DNA from: Nageia nagi
Taxonomy: Eukaryota > Plantae > Pinophyta
Direction: 5' to 3'
DNA: 64,000 nucleotides
Assembly (NCBI GenBank): GCA_050084985.1
Contig: JBITNC010000001.1
Span: 148,862,001-148,926,000, forward strand
Below are positions 51,301 through 64,000 of this stretch, piece by piece. The translations under genes were made by a program, and so were the position numbers. Every line of letters begins with the position of its first letter. The first letter of the stretch is position 1. The notes beneath the pieces are model-generated. The model saw nothing but the letters and a program-made list of their open reading frames with translations, had not been told where the DNA came from and made no database searches.

Positions 51301-54300
51301 TTTTCCAAAAACTCCAAAAAGTGTTTTCCAAGTCCATTTTGGCATTTTCAAAATTTAAAACACCTTCCCCACTCATTGCCCATCCATCTAAGTTAAAACT
51401 GCATTCCGGTACCATTTGACCAGTTTATCAAATTTCACCCTTTTTTCCTATTGAAAAAGTCGACTTTTTGAGCAAAAAATTGAAAATTCTCCAAACGTCC
51501 TAAATTTTTGCCAAAGCATTCTCGTTTGAGTTAGTTACCTTTGTGTTACTTGAAACTCATCCAAAAGGCCTTGAACCTTGCAAATTTTATCATTTTTTGA
51601 CGATGGCACACTTAGAGTAAAAAATAAAAAAAAATCCAAATTTTTCAAAAACCTCTCTTTGCCTAAGAAAAAAGTGCCATAAGCTTCCTGGGGCTCTTCT
51701 AATTCTTTTTGTTCTCTGAGACAGGAACAAGATGGGTTAGTCATTAAGAATATCAAAGACATGAAGCAAAGAAGGCTCATAATGGACAACGCATCACGCT
51801 CGAACACACAATAGAGCCTGTGATGCTTGTCGCAATGATCATTGACCAATTAAGTGAAATCGGGGACACATACTATAATTGCTTGGACCTCATCAAAACT
51901 TTGATTAAAATACAAATGATGGATCCAGGTACAATAGCAAAGGACACATTGAAAACCTCTTAGCTAGTGGCAGCCTCCATTGTGCCATTTGCCATGTGCT
52001 TGTCTGAGCTGTGCTACAACCTAGGAAAGCATTGCGACACTCGAAGCTAGAGACTCCTCAATACAAAAAACAAGATGATTATGGACTTCTTTGATAAAGG
52101 AATAGAAAGGGCATTCGCTTGGACAAGCGAAGGTGTATCATACAACGTGCAAGACTCCTTTAGATTTTACAAAAGTCTGAAACCTCCAGCTGATTTGATC
52201 AGAGATTGGTTGGCTGATGACAGAAAGCATCTCACAAGGAGAGCCTTAGCAACGCCTAACAGAGGAGAGTTCTATCCAGTAGTCTCCACACTTATATCTG
52301 TGCTTTCTATAGTGATCGAACAAAAAGATGACACCAGATTCCGACCAGAATTCGCTAGGTTTATAGATCTCATAAGTGGTGGTAAAATCATTAGATGAAG
52401 CAGAGTGATTAGTGAATCCTTGGCTCAGCAACTGAAAAAGATCCAGAGTAGAAAGAAATTCTACATGAACTCCTACCTGGTTTACCTACTCCATGGTAGG
52501 GAGAGGGTAACCTCAATTGCTTAAACCACATATCTGTATGACCTCACACATCCAGTGTGGGAAAACTACCCAAGATTCATTGTTCACAATAAATGGAACA
52601 ACGTAAATTGGAAGATTATGATTGCCGGTTTCGAAGGCAAAATCTATGAAGAGATCATAGGCAAAGGTAATGTAAGCAGAATATCCAATGAAGCTGTCAC
52701 CGCTATCAAGGGACATGCGGACTTCTTTGGAGAGGACATAGAGTTCACCTATTTCAGGGTCTATGGTTCCAAAGAAGCCCCTTATAAGCTACCCCGTTAC
52801 GTAAGTGATTTTCTCATCCTCATGGAATTTTCAAGACACTTGCTTAATGCACATGACAAGGTATAGGTAAAGAACGTAGCAACCACTTACCAATTACCTA
52901 TCGTCATCGGGAATTATGAATGCACCACCTACCGTCAGATTGATATGATTAAACAAGAGTTGGCGTTGTATGAATTCTTGATTGAGGTAGCTGTGGATCA
53001 CTATGATCCCGATGGAGTGATTGATGCATTTTTCCAGAAAGCATGGAGCTCATCCTATCCACATCAGTCCCTTGGTAGTATTGAGAAGTACAGGAACATT
53101 CAGGACGCCTTGCAGGTTTAACGGATTCACAAGGAGCTAAAGAAAGAACAAAAACAACGGGAAATTGAAGAAATTGCTAGGTTAAGTGCCAATGCATAGG
53201 TCACCGTACCCCCAAGCCATGGGTATGTTTTTCCTATAATATCACCTTAGTAACCCTGGCTGAAGGATAGAATGAGCAGTATGCTACCAATAGCATTCCT
53301 GGACAAAACATTGAAACAACTGTCACGAGTACGAAGAATGGAATCCTGGACCTCAGAAGAGCAAGCTTGATCTCTCAACCATTCAAACACTTGCAGAATA
53401 AGATAAATTTGCCGTAGAGTTTGATTCAGAGTGGTATGTGCCTGAATCTAAACCCCAGTACATCATCATCTAGTTCTGACAAATATGGACCAAGTGGCTC
53501 ATCAGAGACCGATGAAGAGATGGATCTTAGTGCAATCATCGACACCAACATGGAAGTGAATCGAGATATTGGCTTTATAGGGTCGACGCTAATCACTCAG
53601 TAGAGATTTTTATTGAGGATAATTCCTTGATTGATACGATTGTACAAGCAGCAAGAGCAGGTGCCCCAAAATTCGGTCCTTAGAAATAGGCGTCACAAAT
53701 GCCACGATCTTGGAGGACTACGAAAAGATCAGCACATAAGGGTACATCAAGACCTAGGATAATGGCATCATCTTCATGGGGAGATGATGGAAATCAAGAG
53801 GATGAGGGAGAAAACAAAGAACAAAGAAGAGAAAGAAGACAAGTAGAGCATGAAGTTCAAATCATCGAAGACGGAGAGATGGTTCCTTATGGAAAACAAC
53901 CCATGGAACCCTGCTTTGACATGGTTGCATTTATGGCTAACTTGAGTTGAAATCATCCCTACGAAGGAGAAAATTCCGAAGATGAAAATGAGGAACAACA
54001 ACAAATTGATACTCTTATCAACACTATAGGGAAAGTCACCTACAAGGACAAGCTCTACTCTAGAAAGAACAAGGTTGGTACCGGAAAGTTTGCCCTCACA
54101 GTTGAAACAGAATAGACCCCTGCAAAGATTGTTAGCCCATTGGGAATGGAGCACAAAATCATCACAAATGCATGGGCATTGAGGGAATTCGGTACCTTAT
54201 TAAAGTTAGAGATCCAGGAATTGAAGAAGAAAGTGGCGAGTCAAGAAATGATTGTTAGAGAAGTCAAGGTTGCTATCTTGACAGTTGAAGACATCAAAAA

Positions 54301-56218
54301 GTAGGTTGACTTAAACACTAGAATTACCTCCCTGAAACAAGAATGGACAACGGACCTTATTGAGCTATCAAAGCACTCCACTCAAGCATGACAAATTTTT
54401 ATATTGACGAGGAGGGGTCACATTCTCAGGCGTAGAAAATAGACTAGTTGATCATCAGATGGAAAAATGGGTACCCCACAATGTTTGACCTATGGAGAAG
54501 GGCAACCCATCATCCATTCGTGCTAGATTTTTGCATAGATTTGTTCCAACTATATGATTATCTATTCTACATCAAGTCAAGTCCATCGACTTCATATACA
54601 CCAAGACCCAACTCAAAGCCGTTATCAGTGAACAAGCAAGGAAAAATGAATTCCAGGTCCCTTTGTTTGAGGAAAATGGCAATATCAAGGAGTATATGAT
54701 GGTGATGATAGAGGTACATGCCACTATTGCAGAGTAGCTATGTTTCGAGGAGCCACATAGCCTGAAGACAGGAAGACATATGAAAGGAAGAATTAGACTT
54801 GATGCATGGTGCAAGGAAATAGTCAAAACCAATAAAACCATCCTGGAGTGCGTGCTACCGAACAAAGGAGTCCTCTAGACAATCCATCGGGCCATCAGGA
54901 ACATAGAAACGTTCATGGGAGATGACTTTGAAGCTAAAATTGCCACAAACGTACAAGTCATCTTCCCACAATTGCCAGAATAGAAAAGGGTCTATTTTGG
55001 CAAATTTATGATATGTAAGCCAAATATTGGCTAAACTTAGTGGATTCCACTAAGTCCAATTGTAATCTCAAAATAGCATTTTTAATTAGCTTTTAATTTC
55101 ACAATTAGGGATTAGGGTTTTGAAACTCACTTTAGGGTTTCAAAAGTCACTTTTAGAGTTTCCAAAACTCTTTAAGTGAGAGACCAAGGATCTCATTTTT
55201 GTAAGGACTTCATTCTAAAGCAAATACTCCTTTTCTTGAAGAGAGAACTTTTGAGATTTGAGAGCTTATTGTAAATCTTGGGACCTCCTTTTTCAAAGAT
55301 AATACAAAGTGGTTATGCAAAGACTTGAGTTTGATACTTTTCATATTGGTGTTATGGATTGATTCTTTGAGGGCATTCATGGTTGGTTTGTGCACTTTTG
55401 TCTTCTTCCTTTGAAAGCTTTTGAGCTTTAGGGAAGTTATCTCTGAAAATTTTTAAAAAGTGCTTGAAGCTTACTAATGCTTGTTCCTTGGTCCTTAACA
55501 TATGAGTTGATTGGGTATTCTATGTCAGTTTTTACTTTCATGACATCTTGTTAGGTCCTTCATCGAAAACTATGATTGTCTCACTTTGAGACTTTCCATT
55601 TCCATTCAATTGCATTGGTCCTATTCGTAGAGCACCAACAATTGACATTCTTTCCCACTCCTCTTTGAAGCAATTCGAACGCTAAGTTGTTTGCTTGCAA
55701 GGTTGGATGAATTGGATGAAGTCCTTAACTATTTCGGAAGAGATTAACTCTTAGACGCTTTCCTGTCAGTGAACCTTAAACTCATATCCGACCAAGTATC
55801 CATTTCTTTATCCAAGGTGTTGTCCTTCACCTTTTACTGTATTACTTTTATGCTTTCAAACCCAAATGCTATCATTAAGTCCACACACAAAGGTTTCAAA
55901 TAAACTCTATACATCGAAGAATAAAATAGCATTGGGTAACAGACTACTACCTCTCATTCCATTCCATATAGGGTGATTCCAAAGAGGTATACCGCACTTT
56001 CTTGATCTATCCGTAGGCCAAGAATACGCTTGGCGGGCATACTTGAAATGTCACAACGTTGGGTTATTGAATAAACTATTTCGACAAGAGCCTTGGAGGT
56101 ACACATTCCTTTTCAAAACGGGGGAATTGGTAATGCATTCCCGACTATGTTGCTTGGGATCTCTTAAGTTTCGCATACAATAATCAGTGTCCATGCGGGA
56201 ATGAAAAGCATCCCAACA
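48363..56218 (+). mobile_element. Giant TGTTG...CAACA element, inner copy (7,856 bp), with a decayed ORF at ~51730-55040
   Basis: Termini TGTTGTGCCCACACAACA and GCATCCCAACA. TSD TAGCT / TAGCC. Long repeat-rich 5' region (49300-50420). Its ORF fragments are homologous to those of the outer copy. Confidence 0.8.
51730..55040 (+). pseudogene. Decayed large ORF of unknown function (retroelement extra-ORF-like)
   Basis: Same-strand ORF fragments 52075-52398, 52555-52866, 53421-53603 and 53699-53950. Motifs IMDF...GIE.AF.W, KFYMNSYLVYLL, FTYFRVYGSKEAPYKLPRYVSD, YDPDGVI. Acidic linker, then a coiled-coil-like C-terminus. Confidence 0.7.
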
Positions 56219-56383
56219 TAGCCCAGACCTGCATGTTTGGTTCTTCCCTGCTGCATCCTTCACAACGTTGAGATTTTGTCCTTAGGTCCTCTTGGGGCAC
56301 TCCAAACATTTTTGCATGGCTTCCAGTATTAGACCACCTCCATCAAGGGTAGTTGTTTCGAGAGACATGTAGCCAAGAACTAG

Positions 56384-59300
56384 ATGGCTCCTCGGTTTTC
56401 GAAAGAAAGTTTGATTGAATTTCAAGAAAGAGAGAGACTAGAACTCCCTAAGGCCAAATTCAAGAGGAGATACATCTTTGTTGGTGATATGGATTGACGA
56501 AACTTGGACCCCGTCCAAACTTTAGCCTCCATAGCCTCCGTCAGTAAGGAGGATTTATCAAAAGAGGTCATCGACACATGTGGCTTGTTCAACGCCACCA
56601 TGATGGCTTTTGCAGTACCCTTTCCTGACTTGTGTTACGAGGTATCCATGAAATGTGAATATGACGAGAGACTCCTATGGGACACAGAGGGAAATGTAAT
56701 CATGGACTTCTCCCTTGCTGGGATTGAAGCTATGTTTGGTTGGAGAAGGTATGGAGATGATTACACAGTGGCACACTTCGAAGAATTCCATGATTCCATG
56801 GCTCATCCTAGGGACTACGTTCGGCCCTGGTTACTAGAAGATTACCAAAATCTTCAAGGTCAGAGGTTGATAAGTGCTCGTAGAGAGTTCTTGCCTGTTG
56901 TGGCCAAGTTGATCACTCTTTTGTCTTGGGTCACTGGTCAAGAGAATGATGCGGAGTACAGGAAGGAGTTTACAAGCTTCATTGTAGTTATCAGCTCAAG
57001 GAGAGTTATCCAATGGGTTGGGGTAATCAGTCCTACGCCATCAGTTAGCTTATTTTGGCTCCTTGAAGAGATTCTACATGAACTCCTATCTTGTGTACTT
57101 GTTATTGCATGGCAAGGTCAGATCCAAGAAATTGGCCGATGAAAGATATTTAGGACAAAATAACAACCATGTGTGGCGAGTTTATCAAAAGTGGTGGTAC
57201 TAGAACAAGTTCCAGCATTTTTGTGAAGAGAACTGACTGTTGGGAGTATGATATCTCCAAAGATATCAAAGGGGAGTTCGTAGTAACGAGGATTTCTGAT
57301 GCAACTGTCCAAGTTATCAGTGTACATGTAGATTTCTTCTTGCAGAATGCTGACCATACATTCATTAGAGTCTATGCTCTAAGGAGCAAAACCTACTCTT
57401 GGTAAGATATGCCAGTGACAGGTTCATCCTCATGGAATTTGCTTGGCAACTTTTTTTCTTGAAAGAAAAAGTCTGGAAGAAGAAGAACGCAACCATTAAC
57501 TTGGCAATCTTAATTGCAAGGTATGTGTGTTAGATGTGGGTTGAGGCAGCCAATATGAAGGAGCTGCAATAGTATGTCTTCTCCAAAGAGGGATCAGCGA
57601 CAAACTATGATCCTAGGGGCATAATTGTACATTTCTACAACATTGCATTCCACAAACCTATTGCGTTTAGACATAAATCTTTGGGGAGTGTGGAGAAGTA
57701 CCGAAGCATGCAGTATGAGGAGATTGCAGAGGTAGATGCTCTTTTAAGCAGGAAAAAGGCTCTCCTCTAAGCAGGAAGGCCGCGTTAGAGACCTCGAACC
57801 ATTAAATCTAGATCATAAGAAGTCCCTCTCAAGATCAAGTCATCCCCTCCAGTTCGTGCTGCAACTCTGCCAGTTGAGGTACCCTTGCTTCCCGTTGGAA
57901 AGAGTCAAGAAAAACTCCAAGGGAACCTATTCCAGGCCCTAACAAGCATAAGGTGGTGATGGCTGATCTCAAGGATGTTAGCTATTGCGCTATTCCCTTG
58001 GATGTGCTGGATGATGTAGTGAATGAGACTTGTGCTAGTGATTCACCCACGGAAGGGGTCCCTTCTAGGCTCACTCATTCTCCTGGATGCAAAGAGAAAG
58101 TCCCCCCCTTGCAATCAAGTTGAAGTTCTAGTTTTGAACGCTCCACTTCCTCTTCCAATGAAGAGACTGATGAAGAGCCCAACCGTAGAATGGAAAACTC
58201 TGAAGAAGAGTCGGAAAGCTGTGGTGGAAGAGAAGAGGAAGAGGAAGAAGAAGAAGAAGATGATGATGTTACTGTTGTCCCTAAGGAAGAAGATGTAGCT
58301 ATAGGTGCCTTTGCACATGATGAGATGCAGATTAAAACTCTCCCAGATGACAATGAGATAGTGGACGTTGGGACCTATGATGATGATGAGGTCCAGATCG
58401 TTGGAGATAGGTGTGCTAGAGAGGTGGGTGTCTCCGAACCCTCCCTTGTTGAGCATAGGAAGAAGTCCCCTTCCTCTTCGCATAAATCTTCTACAAATAG
58501 AACGAGCCATGAGAGGTCTCCTCAGCCACACAAAGGCATATCTATAGGTGGTGATGGAGGAGATGAAGTGGACGAAGGAGAGATTGAGGAACAAAAGAAG
58601 AAGAGAAGGTAGGAAGAGCACCAAGGAAAGGAGATTACCCTAGTTCAGACCACTCCAGCGAGAGAGATCAAGAAGATCCGCAAAGGATGATTGTTGGTAC
58701 AAAGGTTTCCTCCCCAGCCAACAATCGAGCATCTAGATCTTGACCTAGATGCTTGCCTTAGAGCCCTCAGCATGAGTACAACTCATGATGAAGATATAGA
58801 CCAGGATCTGTGCTCCGAAGATGAGGAAGAGGAGCTTTCAAATGATGAAAAGATTTGAAGGGTTGATACATTTGTTTCCACCTTCTGAAATGAAATCTCC
58901 ATCAGCCATTGCTATTCAAAGGAGAAACGTCCTTAGAGAGCAGAAGATTATGTCATCGAGACATTCAAGATGCCCATGAAGCTAGGATTGATAGCTCGTA
59001 AACATATAGTTACTCAGAATGCTGTAGTCATGGAGTAGGAGGGTACGAAGCCAAGAAGGAAGTGAAGATGTTAAAAAAGGAACTTACAGATAGCAGGAAG
59101 ATCATCAAGGAGTTCCAGAAGATCAGTACCACCCCCTTAGATCTGCAGAAGTAGATCTCATTCCATGAGGGATGGGAATTAATGAAGTTGCAGCTAAAGA
59201 GTGAAATAATGGAGGCTATTGAGGGGTTGTCTTCTCGAATTTACAAGCTCCTTGCTGAAAGTTTGGAAATTAGGGACCTTATGGCACAAATCTTAGCACA

Positions 59301-59873
59301 CCTTATTACATTGAATAGCCATCTTCCCAATGTTTCCCATCTGCAACATGTTTACGCTTACAATCTTGAGAAGTTAGTCTACTGCCACGAGTTCACATAT
59401 TGCCATGATTGGTTGAATCATGCACTTAAAAATGCAACGTAGTCCTGAAGATCAGAATCCCCTTGAGAAAGGAGGTCGAGGAATAGATGAGCGACTATGA
59501 CTATTAGCTTAAGTTCCAAGGGGAGGACAATAGTGTAAGAAAGGAGGAGGCGGTATTGGTAGAGGCTCAAAACCTGATACAGGAGCATTTAGATATTGAT
59601 TACCTTAGTTTGCTGAATGCAAGGCATCCTATCATCCATGAAAGGCGGATGGTCATTTGGAGGCACCATATGCAGGCTACATTGAAGAAGATAGAGGACT
59701 ACTTTTGGCAGAATGGTAGCATGTTTGGTATGATTTCCAGGGGCGTATGGAAGATTGTGGCATTCTTGGAGGAGACCATTGAGTCATACGATCTCACCGA
59801 CGAGGAGTGGAACTCTGCCAGTATCGGATCAAATCTAGCTTATTCTATTTGCGGTATCTTTTCTTTTGTTTGA
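56384..59873 (+). pseudogene. Decayed paralogue of the 51730-55040 ORF
   Basis: Fragments 56504-57142, 57169-57405, 58190-58612 (poly-E/D), 59182-59442 and 59556-59873. Shares IMDF..GIE.MF.W, EF.PVV..LI..LS, RFYMNSYLVYLL, TFIRVY and YDPRGII with the inner ORF. Confidence 0.7.
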
Positions 59874-59908
59874 TGCATATTTGATGGTAGTTGTTATGTT
59901 AGACTCTA

Positions 59909-60642
59909 TGTAATGTTCCTTTTATTTTTATTGCTCAAGTGAATGCTCAAAACACATAAATAAAATTGCAGCCAAGGAACAATGTCAAAACTCAGAAAAA
60001 TATGCAAAATAATGGAGAGAATCAGCCAAGGAATTTTATTAAAAAAATGATGTCAAACCAATACAATAGCTGAAGTGCCACAAATGCAGATCCAAGCTCA
60101 CAAAAATGCCACAAATTGGCCAGATCTGAAAATGATGCAACAGAATGAGGCTAGGCTCCCATGCAATGCCTCCAACCCTCAAGATCTCTCCAAGAAATCG
60201 CTACCTCCAACTCTAGATGTGCAAGCATCCCCAAGATTGAGGCCCACAACTCCTGAAGTCTCCCAAGCAATAGGTACCTTTAGCTCTAGGTGTACAAACA
60301 CCCCCAAGACTAAGGCCCACAACCCTTGAGATCCAAATATGCATGAACACGTGCACACTTGGGTTGAGAAAGGAATCTCCTTCACTCAAAAATAATAAAA
60401 TAGATGATCCACAAGCTTCCTCAAATGGGATGCCCACTTCCCTTTTATAAGCTCATATTCTAATTTGGAGTTGACATCTCCCAACCCTAAAATCACTTAA
60501 AGTGCCCTATTACAAAATAAAAATATAAAACATAAATAAGCACAACTTAAGTTATGTCTCCTAGTCACATGAACTCCTTTTTCACTTTTATAATTAAGTG
60601 TAGGAGACATTTACAAAAAATATTTATTTTTGGTACATTACA
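59909..60642. mobile_element. Solo LTR (734 bp)
   Basis: 8-bp inverted termini TGTAATGT...ACATTACA and a perfect TSD CTCTA (59904-59908 and 60643-60647). Confidence 0.9.
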
Positions 60643-63600
60643 CTCTATTCACTTGTTTTGACTAGTGTAGGGCTGAGTTTTTGCTCCCGCCAGGTCAAAT
60701 TTGTTAGACTCATTTATGACTCTAACCAGTACAAGGATGAGGTTTGCTCCTGCTAGTTCAGGTGCCAGACCCTTTATTGCATATCTGATTTGCTTTTGAG
60801 TAGTTTTAGAATTAGATTAAATGCCATTTGGTAGTGGCATTTATATTTTGTCAGACCTTTAAATGCCACTTGCATCATTTCATGAGAACAATATGGTTTT
60901 GTATTGGTATGTGTTGTGTGTGTGCACACCATATCAGATTTGATGCCCTTAGGGAAACACTTCTAGTGGCCTATTTATACTCCATCATGGCCATTTAGAA
61001 AGGGATTTTTGATATTGGGACTTTTGCATTTGGAATGCTACCTGATATTACGCATTTTGCATATGTGAGACTTTGCACTTAACAAAAATATTTCATATTG
61101 AGGATCTTGCATTTTGGGATGCTGGCTACAAGCTTTTATATGTGTAGGAATTTATGAGTTGTTACATTTGTTATAACTGAGGTTTACTATATTTCATATG
61201 AATGCAACAAGGTTTTTCTACATTTGTTTGGGTTGTTGCATCCTTAAGTATTTACATTTCATTGCATAGAGGTTTGTTGCATAAGGGGTTCTATGCATGT
61301 GCATCATTGAATATCATTATGAATGTATTTTTTTTGAGGAATGGGATTATAAAGTTAATACTGTGAAAGATATCATTTGTGGCATTGTGAATATTTGAAT
61401 AACTTTCCTCTTGGATTTGCATATTGAACATTCATCGAAGTGGTTTGAGTTGTTCTTTTCATGGTATGCACGTAAGTGGATGTATTTTGAGGCTTATAGC
61501 TTGTCCTTATACCATTCGGTTAGGTTCTTGTGCTCACAACCTCACCTCATTTATTTCTTCCCACCGAGTCTTCCACCAAAGACCCTACAGCTTCTTTCTC
61601 TCATCTGATAGTGATTTGAGTGCATATTGCTATTTGTTTCCCAACTTGATAGTGAGTCCATTGACGTTAATGATTTTGAAGATGACTTGCCGAGACATTG
61701 CATCACTGGTGATACCTTCATAAGTTCATACTTCCTTGTATTCCTTTGCATTTATCCCTATGTTTGTCCTTGCATTTGTGATCTTTCTTCGCTTTCGTTC
61801 ACACTTGTAATCTTTCCTTATTGTGGAAAGGAATTACGACATTGTATTTCCCTTGTATACGGTTAACAACATGCATCTCTGACTACTATGCCTTCAAGAT
61901 CACATTTCATGTGAGTGCTTGGGGTAATCAGTCCTTTCAGGTGGAAACAAGTAATGCTGTTTCCTCTAAGTCTTGTGCATGTTTTGGACTAGGAAAGAAA
62001 AAAGTACCAACAGGATGATGGATAGATTAGATAGAGAGGACGAAGATGACTACTTCAAGGATCTGACTACTGTTAGGTTGGAAGGATCTATGGAGGAGTA
62101 TGTGGCGGAATTCCAGAGGATTGTAGTGATGGTTCCTAGCATTTCTGAGAAGAGGGTCACTTTCCTCTTCATAGAGGGTTGGCAGAACCATTAAGGGGCT
62201 TAGTCAAAGCCTTCTTCTCTACGCAGTTGTAGGACATCATCAAGAGGGTGTTGGACCTTGAGCCTGACACCTCTACCCAAGCCATCCAAACCCTAATGAG
62301 GGCCTTGATACCTACTTCACCCAATGTCAAGGTAAAATTGCTGAATTCAACCAAACAATTACATTTGAAAGTTTTGTTAATATTATGGGGAAGAAGATAG
62401 GATAAGGGAATGATTATTATGACAAGAAACACCTACAAAAGATGCAAGTACCTATGTTTGATGGTAACACCCCTACACCTAGGGCTTTGTTAGAAAAGCT
62501 TCAAACCTACTTCAGTCTTTGCCCTACGAGAGAGATAGATGCAATCAAATTTGCCTCCTTTCCCATTAATGGCATAGCATATGAGTGGTGGCACAATGGG
62601 TTGACTACCTTAGGGCATAACAAGGTTGTCATCTTTGAAGAATTTTGCCAAAGAGTTCTTGATAGGTTTGAGAGAAAGGATGAGGAAGAATACTTTAGAG
62701 AGATGGTTGCACTACACCAAGTCACTTCCATGGGCAACTATGTTGAAAAATTTCAAAGGATTTCAGTCATGGTTTTGGATGTATCGGATAAGAGGATAGC
62801 TTTTCTCTCTATTGAAGGACTTAAGGAAACCTTGGAGGGATTGTCAAAGCGTTTGACCGACCTACTCTATAGGATGCAATCAATAGGGTTGTTACTCTCG
62901 AAGATTCTAGCCTTCTAAGGACCAAGCAAGTGACACCATACCATAAACCTAGCGTGGGAGCACCATTAAAGAAGGACACATCACCAACAAGAAGAGATTC
63001 ATCAAGTGGGAAGGCCACGCTTGTTCCTTTTGTTACATACACAAGAAGAACCAAGGATAAGAGGAATAAAGGAATGAACTACGAAGGAAGAATATATGTT
63101 TAAGTTGTAAATAGCCTTGGACACCAGGTCACTGTTACCTTGGCAAAGAAGTTGTACATTGAGGTCTTTTTAGAAGAAGAGTCATCCGATGAGGAACATG
63201 AGGGCAGTGATGAGTGTAATGAGGATGAGCCCTCATGTAGAACCATGAACACACAAAGACCCAATCCTAAGTCTACTACACCAACGGTATCAAGAGGATG
63301 AACCTTAGCTACTTTTAGTGGTATAAATCAATACTCCACTATCAAGGTTCCAAGAGAAGTTTTGGGAGAGAATGTTCTAGTGTTGATAGAAAGAGGTGCT
63401 ACCCATAGCTTTGTCAATGAGAAGCTAGCCATTGCCAAGAAGATGAAGATTGAACCATTTCTGGGTTTTGATGTGATACTTGAAAATGGGAACATCACAC
63501 CTTGGAAGAAGTATGTGCCCAAGATGAAGATTAGTTTGAAAGACTACACTATTGAAGATGACTTTTTCATCTTCCCTTTGGGAGACTCGCCTCATGTTGT

Positions 63601-64000
63601 TTTGGGGTTAACATGGTTGGTATCCTTGGGAGACTACACCACCGACCATTCAACCTTGCAATTCAAGTTCAAGAGTGAAGGCTGCGAAATCATAGTTCAA
63701 GGCATCAAAGAAGACAAGAACCAAAACGCTTCCATTAAGAGATTAGGGGCAACCACATTAAGAATTGAAGAAGAGATTGCTTCAAGCATGGGGCGGCAAG
63801 AGGATAGAAGGAAGCCATTCGAACAAAGGTGGACTTTAACGCCAAGGGGCATCCAAGAAGATGGTACACATGTGACTCCATTTACTTTTAGTTCCTCTTC
63901 ACATTCTTTTATTGTTAAAAATAAAATTAGTCCTTCATTTTAACTAGAAATGTTAAAGCCCCACCAAGCATTTTCTAGAAAGCTTAGGATGACCACTAGG

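Larger units (their letters stand above)
46745..62012 (+). mobile_element. Giant TGTTG...CAACA element, outer copy (~6.7 kb net of nested inserts), with a decayed ORF at ~56384-59873
   Basis: Termini TGTTGTGCTTGCACAACA and GTACCAACA. TSD TGATG / GGATG. Excision restores the host gag reading (SRRMMDRLDR). No gag, RT or integrase seen inside. Confidence 0.8.
44722..64000 (+). mobile_element. Gypsy element: 5' LTR 44722-45526, PBS, gag interrupted by the 46745-62012 insertion, second gag core, protease; runs off the window
   Basis: TGTAATGTCCC...ATTACA LTR, then a degenerate Met-PBS gggtaccatagcc at 45528-45540. Gag ...EEDAISFATLHLEDIAHEWW (about 46620) rejoins MMDRLDREDEDDYFKDL (about 62015). 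Second gag core at 62442-62900. Knuckle CLSCK.PWTPGHC. Protease VLIERGATHSFV. Confidence 0.82.

Noticed and set aside
56051-56058. TCACAACG as the right end of the inner giant element
   Set aside because: No TSD follows it. CCCAACA at 56218 is followed by TAGCC, which matches the left flank TAGCT.
58023-58624. Poly-Ser, poly-Lys and poly-Phe ORFs in alternative frames
   Set aside because: They are shadows of the GAA/GAT-rich acidic tract in the + strand ORF.
61864-61871. TAACAACA as the right end of the outer giant element
   Set aside because: No TSD follows it. The end at 62012 gives a TSD and restores the host gag frame.

Overview
Eukaryotic plant nuclear DNA, not prokaryotic. It is probably a large-genome non-flowering seed plant (inference from the transposon families and the presence of DNA-PKcs). 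The whole window lies inside one + strand host gene, a DNA-dependent protein kinase catalytic subunit (DNA-PKcs/PRKDC) orthologue. Six exons (847-951, 1054-1082, 27055-27247, 27453-27688, 29476-29686, 41935-42124; 964 nt, about 1.5% of the window) splice in frame into part of the N-terminal HEAT region. The introns are 102 bp, 25,972 bp, 205 bp, 1,787 bp, 12,248 bp and over 21.8 kb. The 1,787-bp intron is a minor-spliceosome (U12) AT-AC intron. The giant introns hold nested transposons that can be ordered by their target-site duplications (TSDs): a near-intact hAT, a deleted hAT hosting nested LTR elements, a decayed Copia, gag-protease-only Gypsy elements, several solo LTRs, LINE remnants and a MITE. 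Most unusual are two related 6.7-7.9 kb TGTTG...CAACA elements with 5-bp TSDs. They lack gag-pol, yet each carries a decayed homologous ORF of about 3.3-3.5 kb, so they are candidate giant ORF-bearing solo LTRs. All protein identifications rest on recalled motifs; no database search was run.
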